A stretch of DNA of 32,000 bases from Vibrio cholerae ATCC 14035 (GTDB lineage: Bacteria > Pseudomonadota > Gammaproteobacteria > Enterobacterales > Vibrionaceae): contig NZ_JHXR01000017.1 in NCBI RefSeq assembly GCF_000621645.1, forward strand, positions 1 through 32,000. The letters run 5' to 3'. Below are positions 8,746 to 18,235 of this stretch, one piece after another; the stretch's first letter is position 1; every line of letters begins with the position of its first letter. Position numbers and translations under genes: made by a program. The notes below the pieces were generated by a model. That model was not told the origin of the DNA and searched no databases. It saw nothing but the letters and a program-made list of their open reading frames with translations.

Positions 8746-10530
8746 TTAGGGTGTCGCGGCTGAGGGAACCTCAGCATCAGATGTGGCACTGTTGACCTTT
8801 ATCGAGGGGTGGTACTGGACTGTACTGAAATCTTGATTGGGGAACAGAAATTCGGCCTCGCGGCGGATTTGCTGCGCACGGCTCGTATCGCCTAAACCTT
8901 GATAAGCCAAAATCAGGTTTGAATAGAAGGCCGGGCGCGGTTTATGTTGAATGATCTGTAACGACCAATCGATATAGGGTTGGATAAGCTCCGCTTTTTG
9001 TTCATGGAGCCCGATGTTCAGATAGGTGCTGTAGATATCCCAATCAAATCGGTCTTGCCATACCAATGGGTTAGTCACGTTTTTCAGCAATTCAGGATTG
9101 AGTGGCTGAGATTTTTCAAATTGCGTTAACACATAGTTGGTGTGTAACGCTGTGACCATATACAAGCTGGTGACAATCGGCAGCACTAAGCTGGTAATAC
9201 GCAATAAAGATTTGGTGAGCGTGGTGAAACTGGCCAGTCGATAGCGTGCGACCCGTTGATCTACCCAGTAGATTAGGATGATAAAGGTGATCCAGTGAAT
9301 TGCGGAGTGGTAAAACGGATACTCCAATTGAGCGTGTAAGGTGATCGGCACAAACAGAGCCAGCATGGCCATGCGAGTGCCACGTTTGGCGGCATAAATG
9401 CGTAGAGCACAAAAACAGGCGGCGAGTAATATACCCATTACAGGTAGTAATCCGCCTTCTACCCCCCAATACAACAGCTCATTGTGTGGGTGATCCATCG
9501 ATGCTAAGCCTGCTGGATAGCTGCTATTTAACTGATGTTGGCGAGCAGTATAAAGCAGATACTGCGCCTCAAATTTGCCATAACCATAGCCTGTAAAAGG
9601 CTTTTCGATGATCATATCTATGGTTTGTGGAAATGTGAAACGACGTGGGCTTTCTAAGTCAGCCTTATTCGCGACAAAACCAGAGGTTCCTTGGCCATAC
9701 ATAGCGGTAAAACCTGCACAAATCCCAAGAGTTATGGCAAGAAGCCAGAGCGTAAAGCGCCGACGTGAAGCGAATCGATATAAGTAAGGGGCAACCAGAG
9801 CGATACTCAATAAACTGGCCAGCCACCCAGTGCGAGAGGCGAGTACGACCAGTAAGGGAGCCGTGAGTAGCGGTGTCGCGTAAAGGATGCCGATTTTGCT
9901 CCAGCGCGAGTCATATTTTTCCGGTTGTCTGGCCAGCAAATAACCTGACAACACCAGCCCTGTTGCGAGGAAACTGGCCATCACATTTGGCTGCTGGAAA
10001 ATACCATACGGTCGATTTGCTTCGGTGTCATAACCAAAGGGGTTACCCGGCTCTAACCAAAAGTATTGAATTAAACCGATCACGGCTTCAATGACGCTAC
10101 CCAGTAGAATAAACCACATCAAACGCTGTTTATGTTTGTTGCTAAAGCGAAATTGTTGTAAGACGAGAAACAGAGTAAATCCAGCCCAGAGACCCACTAA
10201 GCGGCCAAGAGTATGAAACCAATCGGCATTCGAGTAAGTGATGGGTAGGGTTAGCAGAGCACAGCTTAACCAAAGTCCAGTGGTCAGCTTGGAATAACGC
10301 AGCGCTTGATTATTCGCCAACTGATACAGACCAATCGCCAGTGTTATGCTGGTCGCGATCCAGACCGTAGTATTGAAGGAGAGTGCCAGTCCAGCACCGC
10401 CGGGGTTAGGCATAAAGAAATGCATGGCGAGCAGATAAACCACGGCCAAGGCAAAAAGAAACGGTTTATTGAGTGGTAGGTTCGGAGCGTGAGGTTCCAA
10501 CCGAGTGCCACTTAACAGCAAAGTTGCCAT
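8746..10530 (-). CDS. pglL: Wzy_C (O-antigen ligase-like) polytopic membrane protein with a TPR-like C-terminal domain; PglL-type O-oligosaccharyltransferase candidate
   Basis: The ORF is open to the GTG at 10539. The ATG at 10530 has AAGGTG 7 nt upstream. There are about a dozen hydrophobic segments. The Wzy_C signature is HPHNELLYWGVEGGLL, and the soluble C-terminal ~150 aa is TPR-like. From memory, the V. cholerae gene at this position was shown to act as a PglL O-OTase. Confidence 0.75.
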   Translation of the reverse strand: MATLLLSGTRLEPHAPNLPLNKPFLFALAVVYLLAMHFFMPNPGGAGLALSFNTTVWIATSITLAIGLYQLANNQALRYSKLTTGLWLSCALLTLPITYSNADWFHTLGRLVGLWAGFTLFLVLQQFRFSNKHKQRLMWFILLGSVIEAVIGLIQYFWLEPGNPFGYDTEANRPYGIFQQPNVMASFLATGLVLSGYLLARQPEKYDSRWSKIGILYATPLLTAPLLVVLASRTGWLASLLSIALVAPYLYRFASRRRFTLWLLAITLGICAGFTAMYGQGTSGFVANKADLESPRRFTFPQTIDMIIEKPFTGYGYGKFEAQYLLYTARQHQLNSSYPAGLASMDHPHNELLYWGVEGGLLPVMGILLAACFCALRIYAAKRGTRMAMLALFVPITLHAQLEYPFYHSAIHWITFIILIYWVDQRVARYRLASFTTLTKSLLRITSLVLPIVTSLYMVTALHTNYVLTQFEKSQPLNPELLKNVTNPLVWQDRFDWDIYSTYLNIGLHEQKAELIQPYIDWSLQIIQHKPRPAFYSNLILAYQGLGDTSRAQQIRREAEFLFPNQDFSTVQYHPSIKVNSATSDAEVPSAATP

Positions 10531-10542
10531 GCAGTTCACCTT

Positions 10543-10575
10543 AAAAAAGAAACCAGCGCACAGTTCGCTGGTTTC
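10543..10575 (-). terminator. Rho-independent terminator of uvrA
   Basis: The minus strand reads GAAACCAGCG-aactgtg-CGCTGGTTTC followed by TTTTTT (plus 10549-10575 stem-loop, 10543-10548 A-run). It starts 20 nt after the uvrA stop. Confidence 0.7.
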
Positions 10576-10594
10576 ATTACTTTAGCCTTTTTTT

Positions 10595-13417
10595 CTAATT
10601 CAACAAAGGCTTGAGGAAACGTGCGGTATGTGAAGCTTCGATCTGCGCCACATCTTCTGGTGTTCCTTCTGCAATAATCAGTCCGCCGCCTTGGCCGCCT
10701 TCGGGGCCTAAATCGATGATCCAGTCAGCCGTTTTGATCACATCCAAGTTATGCTCAATCACCACCACGGTATTGCCATGGTCACGCAAGCGGTGCAGAA
10801 CGCTCAATAGTTGCTGAATATCGTGGAAGTGTAGGCCCGTGGTTGGTTCATCCAAAATATACAGGGTTTTGCCCGTATCTCGTTTGGAGAGTTCACGCGC
10901 TAATTTTACCCGCTGCGCTTCACCTCCTGATAAGGTGGTGGCTGATTGCCCAAGACGAATGTAGGACAATCCAACATCCATCAAGGTTTGCAGCTTACGT
11001 GCTATCACAGGTACGGGGTCAAAAAACTCGCGTGCGTCTTCAACGGTCATGTCCAAAACTTCATCAATCGTCTTGCCTTTGTAGCGCACTTCCAGTGTTT
11101 CTCGGTTATAGCGTTTACCTTTACACACATCACAAGGCACATACACATCGGGTAAGAAGTGCATTTCAACTTTGATCACGCCATCGCCTTGGCACGCTTC
11201 ACAGCGCCCTCCGCGGACGTTAAAACTAAAGCGTCCCGGCTGATAACCACGCGAGCGAGACTCTTGTGTTCCTGCAAATAATTCACGGATTGGAGTGAAG
11301 ATTCCGGTGTAAGTGGCAGGGTTGGAGCGAGGAGTGCGACCAATTGGGCTCTGATCGATATCGATCACTTTATCAAAGTGTTCTAGACCTTGAATGGAGC
11401 GATAAGGCGCAGGTGTCGCCGTCGTCGCGCCATTGAGTGCTGTATGGGCAATCTTAAAGAAGGTATCGTTGATCAGAGTGGATTTTCCCGAACCTGAAAC
11501 GCCCGTCACACAAGTAAACAGGCCAACAGGAATAGACAGGTCAACATTTTTTAAGTTATTACCGACTGCGCCTTTAAGCTCTACCGTTTTCTTCGCATCT
11601 TTTGGTGTGCGCTGCTCTGGTACCGCGATTTTTTTCACGCCACTGAGATATTGACCTGTGAGTGAGTTTGGATTGGCGATGATTTCCTCCACATTGCCTT
11701 CGGCAACCACCATGCCGCCGTGTACGCCAGCACCTGGGCCAATATCAATCACATGATCTGCCATGCGAATCGCATCTTCATCATGCTCAACCACTAACAC
11801 GGTATTCCCTAGATTGCGTAAGTGGGTGAGGGTTTGCATCAAGCGTTCGTTGTCGCGTTGGTGGAGGCCAATCGAGGGTTCATCAAGGACATACATCACA
11901 CCGACTAAACCCGCACCAATCTGACTGGCTAGACGAATACGCTGAGCTTCGCCACCGGAAAGCGTCTCGGCGCTGCGCGAGAGATTTAAGTAATTGAGCC
12001 CGACATTGACCAAAAATTGCAGCCGGTCATTAATCTCTTTCATCACTTTTTCAGCGATTTGTGCACGTTGGCCTTCCAGTTTGAGCTCTTGGAAGAACGT
12101 TAGCGCATCAGCAATGCTCAGTTCTACAATCGTTGGCAGCGCAGTATCATTAATAAACACATTGCGTGCTTCGATTTTTAAGCGCGTACCATCACAGCTG
12201 CTGCAAGGCTTGTTGGAGATGTATTTTGCCAGCTCCTCACGTACCGAGTTGGATTCGGTATCGCGATAGCGGCGCTCCAAATTATGCAAAATTCCTTCAA
12301 AAGGATGTTTTTTAAGGCGAATATCACCCCGATCATTGATGTACTTAAATTCAATTTCGGTGCGACCAGAGCCGTGCAGAATGATTTCCTGAATCTTTTT
12401 GCTCAGCTTATTGAAGGGCGTGTGTACATCAAAATCGTAGTGCTCGGCCAGTGCAGTCAGCATCTGGAAATAATAAAAGTTCTTTTGATCCCAACCGCGG
12501 ATCGCACCTTGTGCCAAACTTAAATTGGCATCTTGAATCACTCGATCTGGATCGAAATACTGCTGTACTCCTAAACCATCACAGGTTGGACAAGCACCGG
12601 CTGGGTTGTTGAAGGAGAACAGGCGTGGTTCAAGTTCGCGCATGCTGTAACCGCAATGTGGACAAGCAAAGTTAGCCGAGAAAATCTGCTCTTCGCCATC
12701 GCCTTCCATCGGGGCGACAACGACGATACCGCCGGAAAGTTCCAAGGCGGTTTCAAAGGATTCGGCTAAGCGTTGCTGCAGATCACTGCGCACTTTGAAA
12801 CGGTCGACAATTACTTCAATGGTATGCTTTTTGTGCAGTTCGAGTTTCGGTGGATCGGTCAGATCGCAGGTTTCACCATCGATACGCGCACGAATAAAGC
12901 CCTGCGCAGCAAGGTTTTCCAATGTTTTAACGTGTTCGCCTTTGCGCTCTTTGACTATGGTTGCCAGCAGCATCATTTTGCTGCCTTCTGGCAATTCCAA
13001 TACTTTGTCTACCATCTGACTGATGGTTTGCGCTTTCAGTGGCACTTGGTGTTCGGGGCAGCGTGGCTCACCAACCCGAGCGTAGAGTAGACGTAAATAG
13101 TCATACACTTCCGTAATCGTACCCACAGTAGAGCGTGGGTTATGGGAAGTGGACTTCTGCTCAATCGAAATCGCGGGTGAAAGCCCCTCAATATGGTCTA
13201 CATCCGGCTTTTCCATCAGAGAAAGGAATTGGCGCGCATAAGCCGAGAGTGATTCGACATAACGCCGTTGACCTTCTGCGTACAGCGTATCAAAAGCCAG
13301 TGAGGATTTACCTGAACCAGAGAGGCCGGTGATGACAATCAATTTGTCACGAGGAATGGTCAGATTGATATTTTTGAGGTTATGGGTACGAGCGCCGCGT
13401 ACTTCGATTTTGTCCAT
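10595..13417 (-). CDS. uvrA: Excinuclease ABC subunit A
   Basis: 940-aa ORF with two ABC ATPase modules (Walker [13 protein letters not shown] and [12 protein letters not shown]). It has zinc-finger Cys clusters (CPHC...CPTCDG; CEACQGDG...CDVCKG) and a canonical UvrA N-terminus, [17 protein letters not shown]. Confidence 0.98.
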   Translation of the reverse strand: MDKIEVRGARTHNLKNINLTIPRDKLIVITGLSGSGKSSLAFDTLYAEGQRRYVESLSAYARQFLSLMEKPDVDHIEGLSPAISIEQKSTSHNPRSTVGTITEVYDYLRLLYARVGEPRCPEHQVPLKAQTISQMVDKVLELPEGSKMMLLATIVKERKGEHVKTLENLAAQGFIRARIDGETCDLTDPPKLELHKKHTIEVIVDRFKVRSDLQQRLAESFETALELSGGIVVVAPMEGDGEEQIFSANFACPHCGYSMRELEPRLFSFNNPAGACPTCDGLGVQQYFDPDRVIQDANLSLAQGAIRGWDQKNFYYFQMLTALAEHYDFDVHTPFNKLSKKIQEIILHGSGRTEIEFKYINDRGDIRLKKHPFEGILHNLERRYRDTESNSVREELAKYISNKPCSSCDGTRLKIEARNVFINDTALPTIVELSIADALTFFQELKLEGQRAQIAEKVMKEINDRLQFLVNVGLNYLNLSRSAETLSGGEAQRIRLASQIGAGLVGVMYVLDEPSIGLHQRDNERLMQTLTHLRNLGNTVLVVEHDEDAIRMADHVIDIGPGAGVHGGMVVAEGNVEEIIANPNSLTGQYLSGVKKIAVPEQRTPKDAKKTVELKGAVGNNLKNVDLSIPVGLFTCVTGVSGSGKSTLINDTFFKIAHTALNGATTATPAPYRSIQGLEHFDKVIDIDQSPIGRTPRSNPATYTGIFTPIRELFAGTQESRSRGYQPGRFSFNVRGGRCEACQGDGVIKVEMHFLPDVYVPCDVCKGKRYNRETLEVRYKGKTIDEVLDMTVEDAREFFDPVPVIARKLQTLMDVGLSYIRLGQSATTLSGGEAQRVKLARELSKRDTGKTLYILDEPTTGLHFHDIQQLLSVLHRLRDHGNTVVVIEHNLDVIKTADWIIDLGPEGGQGGGLIIAEGTPEDVAQIEASHTARFLKPLLN

Positions 13418-13484
13418 CTGGGTTGCTCTTTGCTAAACGAAGTGCAGCAAGTATTACATAGCGTGAACAAAGTGCAAGCAATTA

Positions 13485-13500
13485 CTGGATAAAAAAACAG
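13485..13500 (-). promoter_or_regulatory. LexA (SOS) box within the putative uvrA promoter
   Basis: CTGGATAAAAAAACAG fits the gammaproteobacterial CTGT-N8-ACAG consensus, with CTG and CAG arms 10 nt apart. It lies in the spacer of a minus-strand promoter candidate: TTGATA (13509-13504), 17 nt, AGTAAT (13486-13481). It is ~70 nt upstream of the uvrA ATG. Confidence 0.75.
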
Positions 13501-13513
13501 TTGTATCAAAAGC

Positions 13514-13549
13514 AAAAAAGCCAACCTGAGAGGTTACAGGTTGGCTTTT
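13514..13549 (-). terminator. Rho-independent terminator of galU
   Basis: Inverted repeat AAAAGCCAACCTG / CAGGTTGGCTTTT (13516-13528 / 13537-13549). On the minus strand it is followed by a T-run. It starts 24 nt after the galU stop. Confidence 0.7.
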
Positions 13550-13572
13550 AAATGCATTGTTTAGATAGCGAA

Positions 13573-14448
13573 TTACTGACCTTTGTGCGTCGACTTTTTA
13601 GCCAACTCCACTTTTTGGTCGTTTTTCTTGTACATGTTTTCGTAGCAGAAGTTGGTGGCTTCGATATAGCCTTCAACGCTACCACAGTCGAAGCGCTTAC
13701 CTTTGAATTTATAAGCCAGTACACAACCCGCTTTGGCTTGTTTGAGCAGCGCGTCAGTGATTTGAATTTCACCGCCTTTGCCCGGCTCGGTCTGCTCAAT
13801 CAGATCAAAAATATCTGGCGTGAGGATATAACGGCCAATGATGGCGAGGTTGCTTGGCGCTGTGCCCGGCTCTGGTTTTTCGACCATGTTATCGACGCGG
13901 AACAGATCGTCTTTGATCATCTCACCTGCGATCACGCCGTATTTGTGAGTTTCGTTTTCTGGAACCTCTTGCACAGCGACGATAGAGCAGCGGAACTGTT
14001 TGTACAGTGCAACCATCTGTGCCAGTACGCCTTGCTCTTCGTTCACACACAGGTCGTCCGCTAGCACAACGGCAAACGGCTCATCACCGACCAGCTCTTT
14101 GCCCGTTAAGATAGCGTGACCCAAGCCTTTCATTTCGCGTTGGCGAATAAAAGTAAAGTTAGCGCTTTCGATGATTTTACGGATATCACCCAATAGCTCT
14201 TCTTTATTCGTACCGCGGATTTGGTGCTCTAACTCGTAGTTCATGTCAAAGTGATCCATGATCGAATGCTTACCACGACCTGTCACAATACACATGCCTG
14301 TGATACCCGCTTGAATCGCTTCATCAACACCGTACTCAATCAGCGGTTTGTTAACAACAGGCATCATCTCTTTGGGCATCGACTTAGTCGCTGGTAGGAA
14401 TCGGGTACCGTAGCCAGCTGCCGGAAATAGACACTTCTTAATCATCAT
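13573..14448 (-). CDS. galU: UTP-glucose-1-phosphate uridylyltransferase
   Basis: The ORF is open to 14496, but the conserved GalU N-terminus MMIKKCLFPAAGYGTRFLPATK starts at the ATG at 14448 (or 14445). It has the GxGTRxLPxTK nucleotide-binding motif. Confidence 0.93.
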   Translation of the reverse strand: MMIKKCLFPAAGYGTRFLPATKSMPKEMMPVVNKPLIEYGVDEAIQAGITGMCIVTGRGKHSIMDHFDMNYELEHQIRGTNKEELLGDIRKIIESANFTFIRQREMKGLGHAILTGKELVGDEPFAVVLADDLCVNEEQGVLAQMVALYKQFRCSIVAVQEVPENETHKYGVIAGEMIKDDLFRVDNMVEKPEPGTAPSNLAIIGRYILTPDIFDLIEQTEPGKGGEIQITDALLKQAKAGCVLAYKFKGKRFDCGSVEGYIEATNFCYENMYKKNDQKVELAKKSTHKGQ

Positions 14449-14617
14449 TTTTGCTCTATGGTGTGCTAGGGAGAAATTTTTTGCTGACTCTACCACTTCT
14501 GATTCGCGACTGCATTACGTTGAGGCTCTTGGCCGAAAAAATGTGTGTGAAGTCGCATTGTTACTACATTTTTCTCCACTCACTCATGGTGAATTCACTC
14601 CGCTAGGTTGAGCGCCT

Positions 14618-15262
14618 TTACAGTAAATTTTGATTAACCCAAGCGATCGCTTTGACTCGATTTTTCACGTTTAGCTTTTTAAATATCTGATAAAGATGCG
14701 ATTTCACCGTGAACTCACTAATAAATAAATTCTCAGCGATTTGCATATTCGATGCGCCAGTTTGTAAACAGCGCAGGATCTGAATTTCACGTGCAGTCAA
14801 ATCGACCGTGGCTTGAACTTGATGGCTTTGGAAAGCGTAACGATAGTAATGCAGCAACTGACTGCTGACGTGGCGAGGTAGCCAGTTTTGGCCATTAATG
14901 ATCTCCCCAAGACCGTGGGCAATAAAGCCTGTGTCTTCATTGGCATAAAACAGACCTTTGAGGTTGCCAAAAGTGAGCAGATCTTCTGTTCTTAACCGTT
15001 TCTCGACATTAAACAAGATGGTTTCGAAGTACGGGCTGGTAAGCTTTAGGGGACCCAATTGCTGGCGAATCAGGCCATTTTCCGCATGGTCGAGCAACAA
15101 TATTTTGTGTTTATCGGATTGATACTCGCGCAATAAGCGTTCTGGTTCAATCACCGGGACGGGCAGATTCAACTGCTCAATGGCGGCTTGAATACTGGGA
15201 TGTAACGCTTTTGGCTGTGTCGTTAATAAATAAATCGTGCGTGCATAGTTGGCTCGTTGCAT
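14618..15262 (-). CDS. qstR: LuxR/FixJ-type transcriptional regulator with a C-terminal HTH; matches the position and architecture of QstR
   Basis: 214-aa ORF with a C-terminal LuxR-type HTH (LTAREIQILRCLQTGASNMQIAENLFISEFTVKSHLYQIFKKLNVKNRVKA). The N-terminal domain lacks an obvious receiver aspartate pocket. The QstR assignment comes from remembered synteny (between galU and ssb in V. cholerae). Confidence 0.75.
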   Translation of the reverse strand: MQRANYARTIYLLTTQPKALHPSIQAAIEQLNLPVPVIEPERLLREYQSDKHKILLLDHAENGLIRQQLGPLKLTSPYFETILFNVEKRLRTEDLLTFGNLKGLFYANEDTGFIAHGLGEIINGQNWLPRHVSSQLLHYYRYAFQSHQVQATVDLTAREIQILRCLQTGASNMQIAENLFISEFTVKSHLYQIFKKLNVKNRVKAIAWVNQNLL

Positions 15263-15553
15263 GATGAATTACAGACTCAGTTAATATGAAATAATGCACT
15301 TAATATGGCGAAAAATAGATTTTGGCGCTATGCGATAAAAGCAGTTTGCGGAGCACCTCAATAGGCTAAGTAACCGATAAGTTTATCAGTGAGTTATTTC
15401 GGTGAAGCCGCCTTGAAAATGGGCAAACAAGGTCAGTGAAATGAGTTCGGCGACCATCAGAATAAGGGAATTCGATTGGTTCAGTGAGCAAAACGGTGTT
15501 ATCCTTGCCGACTACTTCAAATTGATAGACATGACTTGATTACGGAGCAAAAC

Positions 15554-16087
15554 ATGGCAAGCCGTGGCGTGAACAAAGTAATTTTGATTGGTAACTTAGG
15601 CCAAGATCCTGAAGTGCGTTATATGCCAAGCGGCGGCGCAGTAGCGAATATCACCATCGCGACCTCCGAAACCTGGCGTGATAAAGCCACAGGTGAACAG
15701 AAGGAAAAAACCGAATGGCACCGAGTTACTCTGTATGGAAAATTGGCAGAAGTGGCTGGTGAATATTTGCGTAAAGGTTCTCAAGTTTACATTGAAGGCC
15801 AACTGCAAACGCGTAAGTGGCAAGATCAAAGTGGTCAAGATCGCTACTCAACCGAAGTGGTTGTACAAGGCTATAACGGTATCATGCAGATGCTGGGTGG
15901 ACGTGCACAGCAAGGTGGAATGCCAGCCCAAGGCGGCATGAATGTTCCTGCGCAGCAAGGAAGTTGGGGACAACCACAACAACCGGCGAAGCAGCATCAG
16001 CCTATGCAACAATCTGCGCCTCAACAGTACTCGCAACCGCAGTATAATGAGCCGCCGATGGATTTTGATGACGACATCCCGTTTTAG
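15554..16087 (+). CDS. ssb: Single-stranded DNA-binding protein
   Basis: The track ORF starts at the TTG at 15536. The conserved SSB N-terminus [16 protein letters not shown] starts at the ATG at 15554, with ACGGAG upstream. It has an OB fold, a Gly/Gln/Pro-rich linker and the acidic tip DFDDDIPF. Confidence 0.95.
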
Positions 16088-16101
16088 TATTGTAATTGAC
16101 G

Positions 16102-16130
16102 AAAAAAGCCGCGGATTCCGCGGCTTTTTT
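16102..16130. terminator. Rho-independent terminator after ssb
   Basis: AAAAAA-GCCGCGG-att-CCGCGGC-TTTTTT. The 7-bp GC stem (16108-16114 / 16118-16124) is flanked by an A-run and a T-run. Confidence 0.75.
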
Positions 16131-16210
16131 ATATAGTTATCTCAATTGTTTAATGTACACTTCTCGCCTCTGAATGATAGGTAGCGGCGCACATAAGGAA
16201 CGTGGCACAA

Positions 16211-18223
16211 ATGAGGTATACACCGACATTAAAACTGAGCACTCGGTTAGTGGCGTTCGTCACTATGACGGTGATCAGTGCCATGTTTATCCTGTTCCTT
16301 GGTGGCACCTTATCTTTTCAGCGTTTGGGGCAGGAATACCTCAACCACTATCTACAAGGGATAGTTGAGGTTGTCGATAAGGAGATGGAAGATCCAGACG
16401 CCGCTTACTCTATGCAGCGTTGGATGCCCAAAATGCTTCAAGCGAGTGGCATCATTGAAATGCAGCTTACTTCCGAAGCGGGCCCCATCTACCGTTTTAA
16501 AGACACCACCAACACCATTGAAGCTTCACGTTTGCATCAAGTCGCTTTACCGCTCAAACGTAATCCCGGTTATGTGATGCATTTTAAAGCGGTGCCTCCC
16601 TACCTCAATTACAACTATTCACTGCAAGCCATGTGGTCGACCACCTTAGCGGTGCTACTGATCGTATTTTTCTTGATCCGCGGTCTGAAATGGTTGAAAG
16701 AGCAACTACTAGGATCGGAGTTACTGGAAGAGCGAGGACGGATGATTCTTGCTGGACGAGTGGAGCAACATGCCAAGGGGGATCCGCGAGAGTGGCCTTT
16801 CACCGCAAGTGAAGCCTTAGATCGCTTGATTGAAGAGTTGCAAGATGCCCGTCAAGAACGTAGCCGTTTTGATACCTTTATTCGTAGCCAAACCTTCCTC
16901 GATCAACTGACCGGGACGGCGAATCGGGTGTTGTATGACAGTAAGCTGGAATCGGCTTTACTGGAGAGTGGCGCTCACGGCGGCGTTATGATGCTGCGGG
17001 TCGATGACTTAGAGTCAGCGCGAGAAGAGAGCCCTAAACGTACGCTCGATGAGTTTATCATTGAGGTGGGGGAGTGTTTATCCAACATAGTACAGCGTTA
17101 TCCGGATGCCATACTTTCTCGCTACTATGAGGATGTGTTTGCGCTGTTTATTCCTCATCAGGGTAGTAAAGATATTGCTCAAGTAGCGACACAGGCGATT
17201 AAGTTGATTGAGCGCATCAATCCCCCTGAGCCACTGCCAGAAGACAATTGGTTCCACATTGGTGTAACCATGTATCAAGAAGGTGAGCGGCGTGGACGGA
17301 TTATTGATGAGATGGAAACCGCGCTCAAAAGTGCTCAACTGCAAGGGGTGAATGCGTGGAGCCGTTTTCAAAAACCTAAACAGTTACAAGAGGATCGCGG
17401 TAGCGTTCGGTGGCGTACATTGTTTGAACAGGTGCTTCGTCCGGAAGAGATTTTGCTCTATCGCCAAGCCTGTTATCGTATTTCTGCTAATGGAGAGCGG
17501 GAGTTCCTACATTATGAGTTATTTGCGCGTATTCAGGATCCGCAACAAGGCATTCTCAAAGCGTCGCGTTTTAGCTCAGCTTTAGAAACGGTCGGCTATG
17601 AAGCCATGTTGGATCGTGCCGTATTCAGCTCTGTCGTGAGTTTTTTGAAGCGCTCTGAACTGGTTGAACCACTCTCGGTAAACTTGCACGTTGTTCCATT
17701 TAACGATAAACGGTATGCTCGCTGGATTCGCAACGAATTGATGCAGATGCCTTTTTCTCTTAGAACGGCGCTCTCTTTTGAGTTTTCAGAAGCGCATTTG
17801 GTCAACCATTTAGACTATATGCGCCCCATCATTCGCATGTTGGCGGGGCTGGGTTGCAAGATAGTGGTGGGACAAGCGGGACGAACAATTGTCAGCACGC
17901 ACTATATCAAAGACTTAAAAGTCAACTATCTTAAACTTCATCGGAGTTTGATAAAGAAAATTGACCAACGCCATGAAAATCAGCTGTTCGTTCGCAGTTT
18001 GGTAGGTGTATGTGGCGGTACCCAAGCAGAAGTGGTTGCGGTTGGGGTTGAAACTACTCAAGAGTGGCAAACCTTACAGATGCTGGGTGTCAGTGGTGTG
18101 CAAGGTCGCTTGTTTGATGAGGAGCAACAGATGTTGCCTCCTTTGCCACCAGAGCCATTGAAACGCCCCCCGCGTCTCTCTGTAAAGCCCATCGGCAAAC
18201 GTAATCGATGGCGAACCAAATAG
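16211..18223 (+). CDS. csrD: CsrD-family membrane regulator with degenerate GGDEF and EAL domains (MshH)
   Basis: The ATG at 16211 has AAGGAA ~10 nt upstream; the track starts at the GTG at 16202. There are two TM segments (LVAFVTMTVISAMFILFLGG; TTLAVLLIVFFLI). The GGDEF position reads YEDVF (17126-17140) and the EAL position reads ELF (17516-17524), as expected for catalytically inactive CsrD-like proteins. Confidence 0.85.
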   Translation: MRYTPTLKLSTRLVAFVTMTVISAMFILFLGGTLSFQRLGQEYLNHYLQGIVEVVDKEMEDPDAAYSMQRWMPKMLQASGIIEMQLTSEAGPIYRFKDTTNTIEASRLHQVALPLKRNPGYVMHFKAVPPYLNYNYSLQAMWSTTLAVLLIVFFLIRGLKWLKEQLLGSELLEERGRMILAGRVEQHAKGDPREWPFTASEALDRLIEELQDARQERSRFDTFIRSQTFLDQLTGTANRVLYDSKLESALLESGAHGGVMMLRVDDLESAREESPKRTLDEFIIEVGECLSNIVQRYPDAILSRYYEDVFALFIPHQGSKDIAQVATQAIKLIERINPPEPLPEDNWFHIGVTMYQEGERRGRIIDEMETALKSAQLQGVNAWSRFQKPKQLQEDRGSVRWRTLFEQVLRPEEILLYRQACYRISANGEREFLHYELFARIQDPQQGILKASRFSSALETVGYEAMLDRAVFSSVVSFLKRSELVEPLSVNLHVVPFNDKRYARWIRNELMQMPFSLRTALSFEFSEAHLVNHLDYMRPIIRMLAGLGCKIVVGQAGRTIVSTHYIKDLKVNYLKLHRSLIKKIDQRHENQLFVRSLVGVCGGTQAEVVAVGVETTQEWQTLQMLGVSGVQGRLFDEEQQMLPPLPPEPLKRPPRLSVKPIGKRNRWRTK

Positions 18224-18235
18224 CAGTGGTAGAGA

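Noticed and set aside
15281-15307. 8-bp direct repeat TTAATATG (15281-15288 and 15300-15307) just upstream of qstR; a possible regulator (e.g. HapR) site
   Set aside because: An 8-mer repeat in a ~290-bp AT-rich region is expected by chance. I could not fit either copy convincingly to the remembered HapR dyad motif.
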